Below are positions 49,711-57,863 of a stretch of 64,000 bases of DNA, in pieces. The DNA lies in the NCBI GenBank assembly GCA_035651755.1, contig DASRFA010000018.1, positions 32,138-96,137 on the forward strand, in the 5' to 3' direction. The translations under genes and the position numbers were made by a program. The notes under the pieces are model-generated. The model did no database searches. It was not told the origin of the DNA and saw only the letters and a program-made list of their open reading frames with translations. The stretch comes from Candidatus Binatia bacterium. GTDB taxonomy: Bacteria; Desulfobacterota; Binatia; UBA12015. Each line of letters opens with the position of its first letter. Position 1 is the first letter of the stretch.

Positions 49711-49823
49711 GTTATTCCAATTCGCCTCCGTGCGGTGCTCGCGCAGGCAGCTATCGCTGCCCGCGCTCCGCTCCTCCGATGGGCCTCGTCGCCGCGGCAA
49801 AGCCGCGACTCCTCGCTCCCGCG

Positions 49824-49875
49824 CCCACTCGCCGACGCAGCCGGAGCCGTGTTTGCGGGCAAGCGAGCGAGCGGG
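49824..49875 (+). repeat. second repeat family, direct copy 2
   Basis: CCCACTCGCCGACGCAGCCGGAGCCGTGTTTGCGGGCAAGCGAGCGAGCGGG, 176 nt downstream of copy 1. Confidence 0.75.
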
Positions 49876-49944
49876 ACAATGAACCGCCCCCACCTTGATT
49901 CATGAAACAATTCGGGGCGCTCTTCCTCCCCGCGAACGAGACCC

Positions 49945-49981
49945 GGAGCGAGCGCCCGCACACACGGCTCCGGCGGCCCAC
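49945..49981 (-). repeat. second repeat family, inverted partial copy
   Basis: GCCCGCACACACGGCTCCGG (49954-49973) is the exact reverse complement of the 20-nt core CCGGAGCCGTGTGTGCGGGC of copy 1. Confidence 0.7.
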
Positions 49982-50040
49982 AGGCAGAAACGCGAATCGC
50001 CGCTTGAACGCGCATGCACGCGGTGCGAGTTTGACGAACG

Positions 50041-50877
50041 ATGCTGACGCCGGAACAAGTCGCGGCCCACGTCGAGCGGATCGCGCGCGACGGCTACACG
50101 GTGGTCGAGAACGCCATCGAGCCCGACCTGGTCGACGCCCTCCACGACGATATTCTCCGCCTCGAGCGCGAGAAGAGCGTCCGCCCCGCGCACAACGACT
50201 TCGAGGGCACGCAGACGATCCGGATCTACAACCTCCTCGTCTACGGCAAGCTCTACGAGCGCATTCCCGTCCACGCGAGCGTGCTGCCGATCGTCGAGGG
50301 CGTCCTCGATCCCGGCTGCCTCGTGTCGTCGCTCTCGTCGATCGCGATCCTCCCGGGCGAGAGCGCGCAGCCGATCCACGCCGACGACCAGCTGATCCCG
50401 CTCGGGAAGCCGCACGTGCCGACCGTCTGCAACTCGATGTGGGCACTGACCGACTTCACCGAGGAGAACGGCGCGACCCGCATCATCCCGGGCTCGCACC
50501 TGAAGGACCACTCGCCGACGTACGGCAAGCACTACGACAGCATCCCCGCCGAGATGCCGCGCGGCAGCGTGCTCGTGTGGCACGGAAGCCTCTGGCACGG
50601 CGGCGGCGCGAACCGGACGGATCGCCGGCGCGTCGGCATCGCGATGAACTACTGCGCCGGCTTCATCCGCCAGCAGGAGAACCAGCAGCTCGGGATCCCG
50701 CGCGAGATCGCGCGCGGCTTCTCGCCGCGCCTGCGCGAGCTGGTCGGCTACGGCGTCTACCAGATGCTGATCGGGCACATCGACAAGCGGAGCCCGGTCG
50801 AGCTGCTCGGCGACGACGCGGACGGCCGGATGGTGTGGGACCTGGACGACGGCTCGAAGGCGCGCCGCAACGCGTGA
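50041..50877 (+). CDS. phytanoyl-CoA dioxygenase (PhyH)-family Fe(II)/2-oxoglutarate dioxygenase
   Basis: QPIHADDQ (HxD) and VWHGSLWHGGGANRT motifs. The length and pattern are typical of PhyH. Confidence 0.85.
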   Translation: MLTPEQVAAHVERIARDGYTVVENAIEPDLVDALHDDILRLEREKSVRPAHNDFEGTQTIRIYNLLVYGKLYERIPVHASVLPIVEGVLDPGCLVSSLSSIAILPGESAQPIHADDQLIPLGKPHVPTVCNSMWALTDFTEENGATRIIPGSHLKDHSPTYGKHYDSIPAEMPRGSVLVWHGSLWHGGGANRTDRRRVGIAMNYCAGFIRQQENQQLGIPREIARGFSPRLRELVGYGVYQMLIGHIDKRSPVELLGDDADGRMVWDLDDGSKARRNA

Positions 50878-51587
50878 GCGAGGCGCGACCGCGCCGCGCG
50901 AGCGAGTCGGTTCTACCCTGGCGTCCGACGCCGGCGGAGATCGCGGCGGCCGCGGGGCGCACCGTCCCCGACGTGATCGCGTCCGGCCTTCGCGTGCTCC
51001 TCTGCGGCATCAACCCCGGGCTCTACTCGGGCGCCGTCCGGCATCACTTCGCGCGCCCGGGAAACCGCTTCTGGAAGGCGCTCCACGCGTCCGGGTGGAC
51101 GGAGAAGCTTCTGTCGCCGTTCGAGGAGCGGCGCCTCCTGGAGTACGGCCTCGGCGTGACGAACCTCGTCGATCGCGCGACCGCGAGCGCGGACGAGCTC
51201 TCGGCCGAGGAGCTGGTCCGGGGCGCACGCCGCCTGCTCGCGAAGGTCCGGCGCTGGCGGCCGCGCTGCGTCGCGTTTCTCGGCGTCGGCGCCTACCGGG
51301 TCGCGTTCGCGCGCCCGCGCGCGGCGGTCGGGCCGCAGCCGGAAGCGCTCGGGCCCGCGCGGGTCTGGGTTCTCCCGAACCCGAGCGGCCTGAACGCGAG
51401 CTACCAGCTGCCGGACATCGTGGGCGCGTTCCGGGCGCTCGCCGAAGCGCTTGCGTCGGACGATGCCGGGTCGCCTCTCAAGGCGGCCGGCCGCGCGTCC
51501 GATTTGACGGAGCGGGGCGCGCCCCGCACCATCGTTCGGGGGCGACGGACCGCCAAGGCCGTTCGCCCGGGAGGCAAACGATCATGA
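50874..51587 (+). CDS. mug: G/U mismatch-specific (Mug-type) uracil-DNA glycosylase
   Basis: GLRVLLCGINPGLYSG...ARPGNRFWKAL...GVTNLVDR...VWVLPNPSGLN parallels E. coli Mug. The GTG at 50874 overlaps the PhyH stop (GTGA). A ~45-aa basic C-terminal tail runs to the next gene. Confidence 0.85.
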   Translation: MSEARPRRASESVLPWRPTPAEIAAAAGRTVPDVIASGLRVLLCGINPGLYSGAVRHHFARPGNRFWKALHASGWTEKLLSPFEERRLLEYGLGVTNLVDRATASADELSAEELVRGARRLLAKVRRWRPRCVAFLGVGAYRVAFARPRAAVGPQPEALGPARVWVLPNPSGLNASYQLPDIVGAFRALAEALASDDAGSPLKAAGRASDLTERGAPRTIVRGRRTAKAVRPGGKRS

Positions 51588-52342
51588 GACCACAGCTCGC
51601 CGATCTCCGCTCGGGGAACCCAGCCCTCACCGCCGACACGTTCCGGAACGCCCGCGCGACGTTCGGAGAGGAGGCGATGACCGTTGCGGGCACCGCGAAC
51701 AAGACGGCGATCGCGCTTCTCCTGCTGATCCTCGCCGCCGCCTACACGTGGAACGTCGGCGCCTCGAATCCCGCCGCGGTCGGCGGGCTGACGCTGGTCG
51801 GGGCGATCGGCGGCCTCATCGTCGCGATGGCGACGGTGTTCAAGCAGACCTGGGCACCCGTCACGACGCCGATCTACTCCGTGCTGGAAGGGCTCGTCCT
51901 GGGCGGCATCTCGTCGGTGATGGAGCGCCGCTACCCCGGCATCGTCGTACAGGCGGTATTCTTGACGTTCGGGACGCTGGCGGCGCTGCTCGTCGCCTAT
52001 CGCTCCGGCCTCATCAAGGTGACCGATCGCTTCCGCGCCGGCGTCTTCGCGGCGACGGGCGGCATCTTCCTCTTCTACATGATCGGCTTCGTGATGAGCT
52101 TCTTCGGCGCGAGCCTGCCGCTCGTGAACTCGGCGACGCCGTTCGGGATCGTCTTCAGCCTCGTCGTCGTCGGCATCGCCGCGCTGAACCTCGTCCTCGA
52201 CTTCGACTTCATCGAGTCCGGCGCGCGCGCCCGCGCTCCGAAGTACATGGAGTGGTACGGCGCGTTCGGCCTGATGGTGACGCTCGTGTGGCTCTACCTC
52301 GAGATCCTGCGCCTACTCGCGAAGCTGCAGCGCCGCGACTGA
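51584..52342 (+). CDS. Bax inhibitor-1/YccA-like membrane protein
   Basis: GGGAGG RBS. The ATG at 51584 overlaps the mug stop (ATGA). The protein has seven hydrophobic segments and a charged C-terminus, LAKLQRRD. Confidence 0.75.
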   Translation: MRPQLADLRSGNPALTADTFRNARATFGEEAMTVAGTANKTAIALLLLILAAAYTWNVGASNPAAVGGLTLVGAIGGLIVAMATVFKQTWAPVTTPIYSVLEGLVLGGISSVMERRYPGIVVQAVFLTFGTLAALLVAYRSGLIKVTDRFRAGVFAATGGIFLFYMIGFVMSFFGASLPLVNSATPFGIVFSLVVVGIAALNLVLDFDFIESGARARAPKYMEWYGAFGLMVTLVWLYLEILRLLAKLQRRD

Positions 52343-52363
52343 CGTGCGCCGCCTCTCGAACGC

Positions 52364-54355
52364 TCAGCGGGTGGTCGTGTAGCCGTCCAGGCGGATCACG
52401 CCGCCGGCGGCGGCGGAGCCGCCGAGGAAACCGAAGCGGGCGTACTTGACGAGCTGCAGGTCGTTGTCGAGGCTCGTGACCGACGCGACCGAGCCTCCGT
52501 CGATCCACAGCTGGAACGTGCCGTCGTTCGCGCCCGGCGACGTTCCCTTCTGCCATTCGAGCGCGATCTCGTGCGCCGCCGCCGAAATCGGGAACCAGGC
52601 GGTGTTGTACGACGACTTGTCGTCCCGCCGGACGCGCGCCTGGAGCTCCGTCGCGCCCGCGACGACGCGCATGCGGACGATGATCATCCACCGCACGGTC
52701 GGCGTGCGCGAGAAGACGCGCAGGAGGTGCGGGCGCGAGGTCTCGCTCGGCGACACGTAGCCGCTCGCGTCGAGGAGGAACCGGACGCGGTAGTGCTCCT
52801 CGGCGTCGGGGTGGCGGTCGATGAGCTGGCTCGTCGCCGTATGGCCGGGCAGAACCTCGAGGCCGAGGTCGCCTTCGAGCGCGGCCGAGGCGCTCACGAC
52901 GAGCTGGCCGCCGGCGTCCCGTACCGCGCTCCAGGCGGCGAGGTCGCCGGCTTCGAAGTCGTCCTCGAAGATCATCTCGGGCTTGGCGGCGACGTCGGCG
53001 ACCGACAGCGAAAGGTCGTAGAGCTGGACCGTGCTCGCCGGACCCGGCCGGATGCGCAGGAAGTACGCACCGGCCGTCGGCAGCGCCAGGTCGTCGATCG
53101 CTTCCGCCGTCCCGGCAGGAGCACCGCTCGCGCTCGCGACGACGGTCGAGCCGTCGGCGGCGAGCACGTCGAGCGCGAGGTCGTTCCGCGTGCGCGAGTC
53201 GAACGGGGTGCCCGACGTGCAGCTCCCGTCGGGGTTCTGCGGACCCTGCAGGTAGGTGAAGCCGACGGGCGTGAGCGTCGCCGAGAGCTTCTTGCCGCCT
53301 CCGACGGCGAACCGGTAGAAGTCGACGTCCGCGTCGTCGTCGGCGCTCATGCCGTCGATCCCGACCGTCGTGTTCGAGGAGAGCGTGCCGAGGTCGGTTG
53401 CGCTCGCGGCCGCATCGTTCGACTCGAGCGGGTCGCCGTAGCCGCGCTGTCCCGCGAGCACGTCGTCGTGCTGCGGTCCGTCGAACGAGAGCGTCGCGAT
53501 CGGCTCCATCAGCTTCGTCTCGTCGATCGGGCACACGTGGTTCAGGCCGAGGCCGTGCCCGTGCTCGTGCGCGACGACGTTGCGCAGGAGGAGGCTCTCG
53601 CCCGCGGTGTAGCCGAGGTTCGCGTCGGCGGTGTCGAGGACCATGTCGCCGCTGTTCGGGTACCAGTTGTACGCGATCACGCCGCCCGTGCCGTTGATCG
53701 GATGGCCGCCGATCCGGACGTCGCCGCGCACGCCGAGCGCGCCGCCCGCGGTCGGGAATGGGGCGCCGTCGTCGGCGGCCTCGTAGACGTAACGGACGCC
53801 GGCGAGCTCGCTCCAGCGCGCGAAGACCTGGTGGAAGAGCGGCATCCAGACGTCCGAGCTGCCGTAGATCCCGTCGAGGAACGCGCGCATGTCGCTCGGC
53901 GAGCTCGGCTCGCCGGCGCCGCCCGAGATCGGGGTGCCGTCGGGCACGAAGCTGTAGGTGAGGGTCGTCGGCGCGCCCTGCCCGAGGCAGCAGCCGTCGG
54001 TCGCCGTCCACGACCATCGCCCGCCGTCGGAGAACTGGTACTGCGCGCTCTCGACGCCGCCCGCGGCTCGGGCGGCAGCCTCGGCGGCGGCGCGCCGCTC
54101 GGCCTGCTCGCGCGCGAAGCGCTCCACGTCTTCGGGCAGCGAGCCCGGCCCGAAGCAGACCGCCGGCTCGCCGAGCGGCTCCGCATCCGGCCGCCAGGGC
54201 GGCGCGACGCCCGCGGGCGACGTCGCGAGCGCGCCGCCCGCGATCGCTCGTGCGGATGCCGCAGCGTCCGGCCCGCGAGCCGGCACGGACGGCGCGAGCG
54301 CGACCGCGAGGCCGCCGAGCGCGATCGCCATCCGGAGCGCGACACGGGCGAGCAT
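52364..54355 (-). CDS. secreted metzincin zinc metalloprotease with PPC-like and C-terminal lectin/LamG-like domains
   Basis: Signal peptide, and the zinc site VVAHEHGHGLGLNH (HExxHxxGxxH). A pre-peptidase-C-terminal-like segment (DVDFYRF...AGAYFLRI) is followed by about 200 aa of beta-rich sequence. Confidence 0.8.
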   Translation of the reverse strand: MLARVALRMAIALGGLAVALAPSVPARGPDAAASARAIAGGALATSPAGVAPPWRPDAEPLGEPAVCFGPGSLPEDVERFAREQAERRAAAEAAARAAGGVESAQYQFSDGGRWSWTATDGCCLGQGAPTTLTYSFVPDGTPISGGAGEPSSPSDMRAFLDGIYGSSDVWMPLFHQVFARWSELAGVRYVYEAADDGAPFPTAGGALGVRGDVRIGGHPINGTGGVIAYNWYPNSGDMVLDTADANLGYTAGESLLLRNVVAHEHGHGLGLNHVCPIDETKLMEPIATLSFDGPQHDDVLAGQRGYGDPLESNDAAASATDLGTLSSNTTVGIDGMSADDDADVDFYRFAVGGGKKLSATLTPVGFTYLQGPQNPDGSCTSGTPFDSRTRNDLALDVLAADGSTVVASASGAPAGTAEAIDDLALPTAGAYFLRIRPGPASTVQLYDLSLSVADVAAKPEMIFEDDFEAGDLAAWSAVRDAGGQLVVSASAALEGDLGLEVLPGHTATSQLIDRHPDAEEHYRVRFLLDASGYVSPSETSRPHLLRVFSRTPTVRWMIIVRMRVVAGATELQARVRRDDKSSYNTAWFPISAAAHEIALEWQKGTSPGANDGTFQLWIDGGSVASVTSLDNDLQLVKYARFGFLGGSAAAGGVIRLDGYTTTR

Positions 54356-54496
54356 GGCGCGCGAGGTCGGAGCAGCGCCCGTGCCACCGCGGCCTCGACG
54401 CGCCGGCGCGCTCGTGCACCGCGGACCGGCGACGCGGCGCGCGGACGACGGCGAGGCAAAGAAGTGTCGCTTTGCCGGCGAGCGGCGCGTTCCGGG

Positions 54497-54524
54497 TCAA
54501 CCGTTCGGACGCGGGCGGCGTCTA
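54497..54524 (+). promoter_or_regulatory. possible ECF-type promoter (TCAACC-N16-CGTCTA)
   Basis: An AAC-N17-CGTC arrangement ends 28 nt upstream of the sigma factor ATG. This is a pattern match only. Confidence 0.25.
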
Positions 54525-54551
54525 TCCGGTCGAGAGGAATGCCGCCGCGCG

Positions 54552-55091
54552 ATGAGACCCCGGGAAGCGGAGGCGAGCTCCGCCATGCCGCCGACCTACG
54601 CGGACCTCTATCGCGAGCACCATGCCCGGATCGAGGGGCTGTGCCGGCTGCTCCTCGCGAGCGCGGCCGACGCCGAGGAGATCGGTCAGGAGGTGTTCCT
54701 CCGGCTCCATCGGAGCCTGCCGCGGGCGGAAGCGCCCATGGCGTGGGGCGCGTGGCTGACGCGGGTCGCAGTGAACGCGTGTCGCGATCGCCGGCGCGCG
54801 CGCTGGTGGCGCGCCTGGCGCGACCGGAGCGACGAGCTCGTCGAGGCCGAGATCGCCGCGCCCGCGCCGACGCCGGAGGAGACCGTGGCGAGCCGAGAAC
54901 AGCACGCGCTCGTGTGGGCCGCCTTCCGGCGGCTGCCGACGCGCCAGCGGGAGGTCTTCGCGCTGCGCCAGATCGAAGGCTGGTCGACCGAGGACACGGC
55001 CCGCGCCCTCGGCGTGTCGACCGGCAGCGTCAAACGCCATCTTTCGCGGGCGGTCTCGAAGCTGCGCGCGATGCTCGGAGGACTCCGATGA
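54552..55091 (+). CDS. ECF (group IV) RNA polymerase sigma factor
   Basis: Region 2 (EEIGQEVFLRLHR) and region 4 (LPTRQREVFALRQIEGWSTEDTARALGVSTGSVKRHLSRA) are present. An alternative start at ATG 54585 has a GGAGG 12 nt upstream. Confidence 0.85.
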   Translation: MRPREAEASSAMPPTYADLYREHHARIEGLCRLLLASAADAEEIGQEVFLRLHRSLPRAEAPMAWGAWLTRVAVNACRDRRRARWWRAWRDRSDELVEAEIAAPAPTPEETVASREQHALVWAAFRRLPTRQREVFALRQIEGWSTEDTARALGVSTGSVKRHLSRAVSKLRAMLGGLR

Positions 55092-55675
55092 CCCGATGTC
55101 TCGACGAGCGCGCGCTCGCGGACGTGTTCGCGGGCGGCGGGTACACGCGCGAGGTCGCGCATCTCGCCGCGTGCGTGGCGTGCCGCGGGCGCTATCGCGC
55201 CCTCGAGCGCGACCTGGCGATCGTCCGCGCCGCGCTGCGGGAGCCGCCGCCGGAGTTGCCGTACCGGCGCGAACCCCAAACGGAGCGAAGCGACCGCGGG
55301 GAGTGGGGCCCCGTTTGGCTTTGCCAAACGGGGCGAGGGGAGCGATCCCCTCGTGCGACAGCCTGGCTCGGTACCGCCGCGGTCGCCGTTGCGGCCGCGA
55401 TGGCGATCGTCGTCGTGCTGCGCGCGTCCGGGGCGCCGGGTCGTCGGCACGCGTCGGGCGCGCCGCAGCGCTACGCGCTCGCCGCGCACGGCCGGAGAGC
55501 GGAGATGGCGGACGCCATGGACGACGTCTCGGCGGCCCTCTTCGCGACGGGCGACGGGCGGAGCTTCGCGCTTCGCCGCGACGTTCCGGACTACCTCCAC
55601 GCGACCGCCGCGCTCAGCGGCGGCTGGCCGTGCACCGACGGGCTCGGCCTCGGCAGCGACTGCATGTCCGACTGA
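55088..55675 (+). CDS. anti-sigma factor (zf-HC2 type, single TM) carrying an in-frame repeat insertion
   Basis: The ATG at 55088 overlaps the sigma gene stop (ATGA). It has an HxxxCxxC motif (HLAACVAC) and a TM helix, WLGTAAVAVAAAMAIVVVL. Residues TERSDRGEWGPVWLCQTGRGERSPR are encoded by repeat copy 55282-55353. Confidence 0.7.
   Translation: MTRCLDERALADVFAGGGYTREVAHLAACVACRGRYRALERDLAIVRAALREPPPELPYRREPQTERSDRGEWGPVWLCQTGRGERSPRATAWLGTAAVAVAAAMAIVVVLRASGAPGRRHASGAPQRYALAAHGRRAEMADAMDDVSAALFATGDGRSFALRRDVPDYLHATAALSGGWPCTDGLGLGSDCMSD
55282..55353 (-). repeat. multi-hairpin repeat, inverted copy located inside a CDS
   Basis: GGAGCGAAGCGACCGCGGGGAGTGGGG, then CCCCGTTTGGCTTTGCCAAACGGGG, then CGAGGGGAGCGATCCCCTCG. 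The hairpin-2 stem carries paired changes (C:G to T:A) relative to other copies. Confidence 0.8.
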
Positions 55676-55754
55676 CGGAAGGTTTCGAACGAACGCCACT
55701 CATCGGCGAAACGCGGGACGCGGGAACGCGCGTCTCGCACGAAAGGGTGCACCC

Positions 55755-56366
55755 ATGAGGACGAGAGCGACGAGCAGAAGACTCTCGATCGTCCGCGCCG
55801 CAGCCGGCGCGGTCGCGGTCGCGTGCGCGATCGCCGCGATCGGCGGCAGCGACGCGAGCGCGCAGGCGCTCGGGCGCCGCCTTCAGACCGCTGCCACCGT
55901 CGGCGAGGGCGGCGACCCCGGCCCCGTCGCGATCGGCTTCGCGCTCCACCACGGACCGGGTGGGCCGCCGCCGCTCGGCGACGGCCCCGGCCTCATGCTG
56001 CCGCTCCTCCTCTTCGCCGGCGACCTGACCGACGACCAGCGCAGCAAGGTCCACGACATCATGAGGACGAACCACGAGGCGATCGGCGGCCTCTTCGCAC
56101 AGCTCCGCGCTGCGAACGACGAGCTCGCCGGCAAGCTGCTCGCCTCCGGCGACGTGTCGAAGGCGACGCTCCAGCCGACCCTGGACAAGATCTCGGGCAT
56201 CCGCCAGCAGCTCCTCGACAACGGCGTCCAGGTCGCGCTCCAGATCCGCGCGATCATGACGCCCGATCAGGTCGCGAAGGCGGCGGACGTCCGCCAGAAG
56301 CTCGACCAGCTCGAGGAGCAGAAGCGCCAGCTCCTCGGCAAGGACGTGATGACGTTCGAGAACTGA
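55755..56366 (+). CDS. periplasmic CpxP/Spy-family (LTxxQ) protein
   Basis: Signal peptide, LTDDQ and MTPDQ motifs, and a helical body. Confidence 0.7.
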   Translation: MRTRATSRRLSIVRAAAGAVAVACAIAAIGGSDASAQALGRRLQTAATVGEGGDPGPVAIGFALHHGPGGPPPLGDGPGLMLPLLLFAGDLTDDQRSKVHDIMRTNHEAIGGLFAQLRAANDELAGKLLASGDVSKATLQPTLDKISGIRQQLLDNGVQVALQIRAIMTPDQVAKAADVRQKLDQLEEQKRQLLGKDVMTFEN

Positions 56367-56480
56367 GCGGGTCGGTCCCGCAGCCGCGAGACCCAGCCAG
56401 GCTCGGAAGGCGGAGGCGCGGGCGCGCGGGCCGGCCGGAGACTGACCCTCCGATCCCTGGCCGGTCCGCGCGCGGTGCGC

Positions 56481-57092
56481 TCAGCCCTGCGCGCTCGGCC
56501 GCTTCTTGAAGCTCTCGTACCAGCGCGCGACGTTCGGGTGCTTCTGGGCGTCCAGCGGGACGCCGGCGAACTCCCCGAACTGGAGCGCCGCGAAGAGCGT
56601 GCAATCGGCGATCGACGGCCGCTCGCCGGCGACGAACGGGCGGTTTCCGATGCGGTCGTTCAGGACGGTCAGGTTCGTCGCGAACCGCATCCGTCCGGTC
56701 TCCGCGGCCTCCGGCGATTGCTTGACGCGGCCGGCGAAGAACGGCGACGTGTTCTGGAACACCGCGCCGACCGCGCTCATGACGCCGATCTCGGCGAGGC
56801 GCTCGAGCTCGCGCACGCGCGCGCGCTCGAGCGGCGTCGTCCCGACCATCGGCGGATTCGGGCGGAGCTCCTCGAAGTACTCCATGATCGCGAGCGACTC
56901 GGTGAGGTACGACCCGTCGTCGAGCTCGAGGACGGGGAGGCCGCCGAGCGGGTTCTTCTTGAGGAACTCGGGCGTCCGGTTCTGGCCCTGCATCAGGTCG
57001 ACGTTCTCGATCGGGACGTCGAGCCCCTTCTCCTTCAGGTACGTGAGGACCTTCCGCGGGTTCGGCGCAAAAGCGAACGCGTACAGCTTCAT
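56481..57092 (-). CDS. glutathione S-transferase
   Basis: Trimmed to ATG 57092 (GGAGG RBS): MKLYAFAFAPNPRKVLTYLKEKGLD...GGLPVLELDDGSYLTESLAIMEY. Confidence 0.85.
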   Translation of the reverse strand: MKLYAFAFAPNPRKVLTYLKEKGLDVPIENVDLMQGQNRTPEFLKKNPLGGLPVLELDDGSYLTESLAIMEYFEELRPNPPMVGTTPLERARVRELERLAEIGVMSAVGAVFQNTSPFFAGRVKQSPEAAETGRMRFATNLTVLNDRIGNRPFVAGERPSIADCTLFAALQFGEFAGVPLDAQKHPNVARWYESFKKRPSAQG

Positions 57093-57260
57093 CCGTCCCT
57101 CCTTGCCGGGCAATGGGTTGGCGATTGGCGCCGACGCTATGCGATGCGCGCGGGCGAAGGTAGGGGAACGGTGCGGGCACGCGCGCGCCGGAGGGGCTGC
57201 GCTCGGGAGGAGAGCGCGGCGGCGTCGCGCCTGGTGCGCGACGCCGCCACGCAATGAGGG

Positions 57261-57593
57261 CTAGAAGCGGTTCCAGCCGCCGCGGCCACCGCCGCGGTTG
57301 CCACCGCCGCCGCCGCCGCCGCCGCCACGCGAGCGGTCCTCACGCGGCTTCGCCTCGTTCACGGTCAGGGGCCGTCCCGCGTGCTCGGTCCCGCTGAGCG
57401 CGGCGATCGCGGCCTGCACTTCGGCGTTCGAGCTCATCTCCACGAAGCCGAAGCCCTTGCTCTGTCCGGTATCGCGGTCCGTGATGACGTTCGCGCTCGT
57501 CACCGTACCGTGCGGCGCGAAGAGCGCCTCGAGCGCGGCCTGGTCGACCGAGTAGCTCAGATTTCCGACGTAGATCCTGGTTCCCATGATCAT
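57261..57593 (-). CDS. RRM-type RNA-binding protein with a Gly/Arg-rich tail
   Basis: RNP-2 is IYVGNL and RNP-1 is KGFGFVEM. The C-terminal tail is GGGGGGGGGNRGGGRGGWNRF. The start is ATG 57593 or 57587. Confidence 0.9.
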   Translation of the reverse strand: MIMGTRIYVGNLSYSVDQAALEALFAPHGTVTSANVITDRDTGQSKGFGFVEMSSNAEVQAAIAALSGTEHAGRPLTVNEAKPREDRSRGGGGGGGGGNRGGGRGGWNRF

Positions 57594-57863
57594 ATCCCTT
57601 ACGAAGACGCTTTGGACCCGGGGCGCGAAGCCGCGGGTCGGATTGGCGGGGCCGGAGATTCGGCCCCGTTCGGCAGGAAGGCGATCGAGGGAAGCAGCGG
57701 ACGAAGCGTACCGACGCGGACTCGTTCAGCGAACCAACCACCCTCCGTCTAGCATCTCCGCTCACCGGTCGCTACGCGGCGTGCCAATCGTTCGGGGAGC
57801 GACGGGACGCCGCCCGCGGCCCGGCCGGAGCCGTCCCCGACCCTCCCGAGCCCGACCGTGAGG

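Noticed and set aside
49640-49985. CRISPR-like appearance of repeated ~50-nt units
   Set aside because: Only two direct copies exist, the third is inverted, the spacing is ~125 nt, and there are no cas genes. This is not a CRISPR array.
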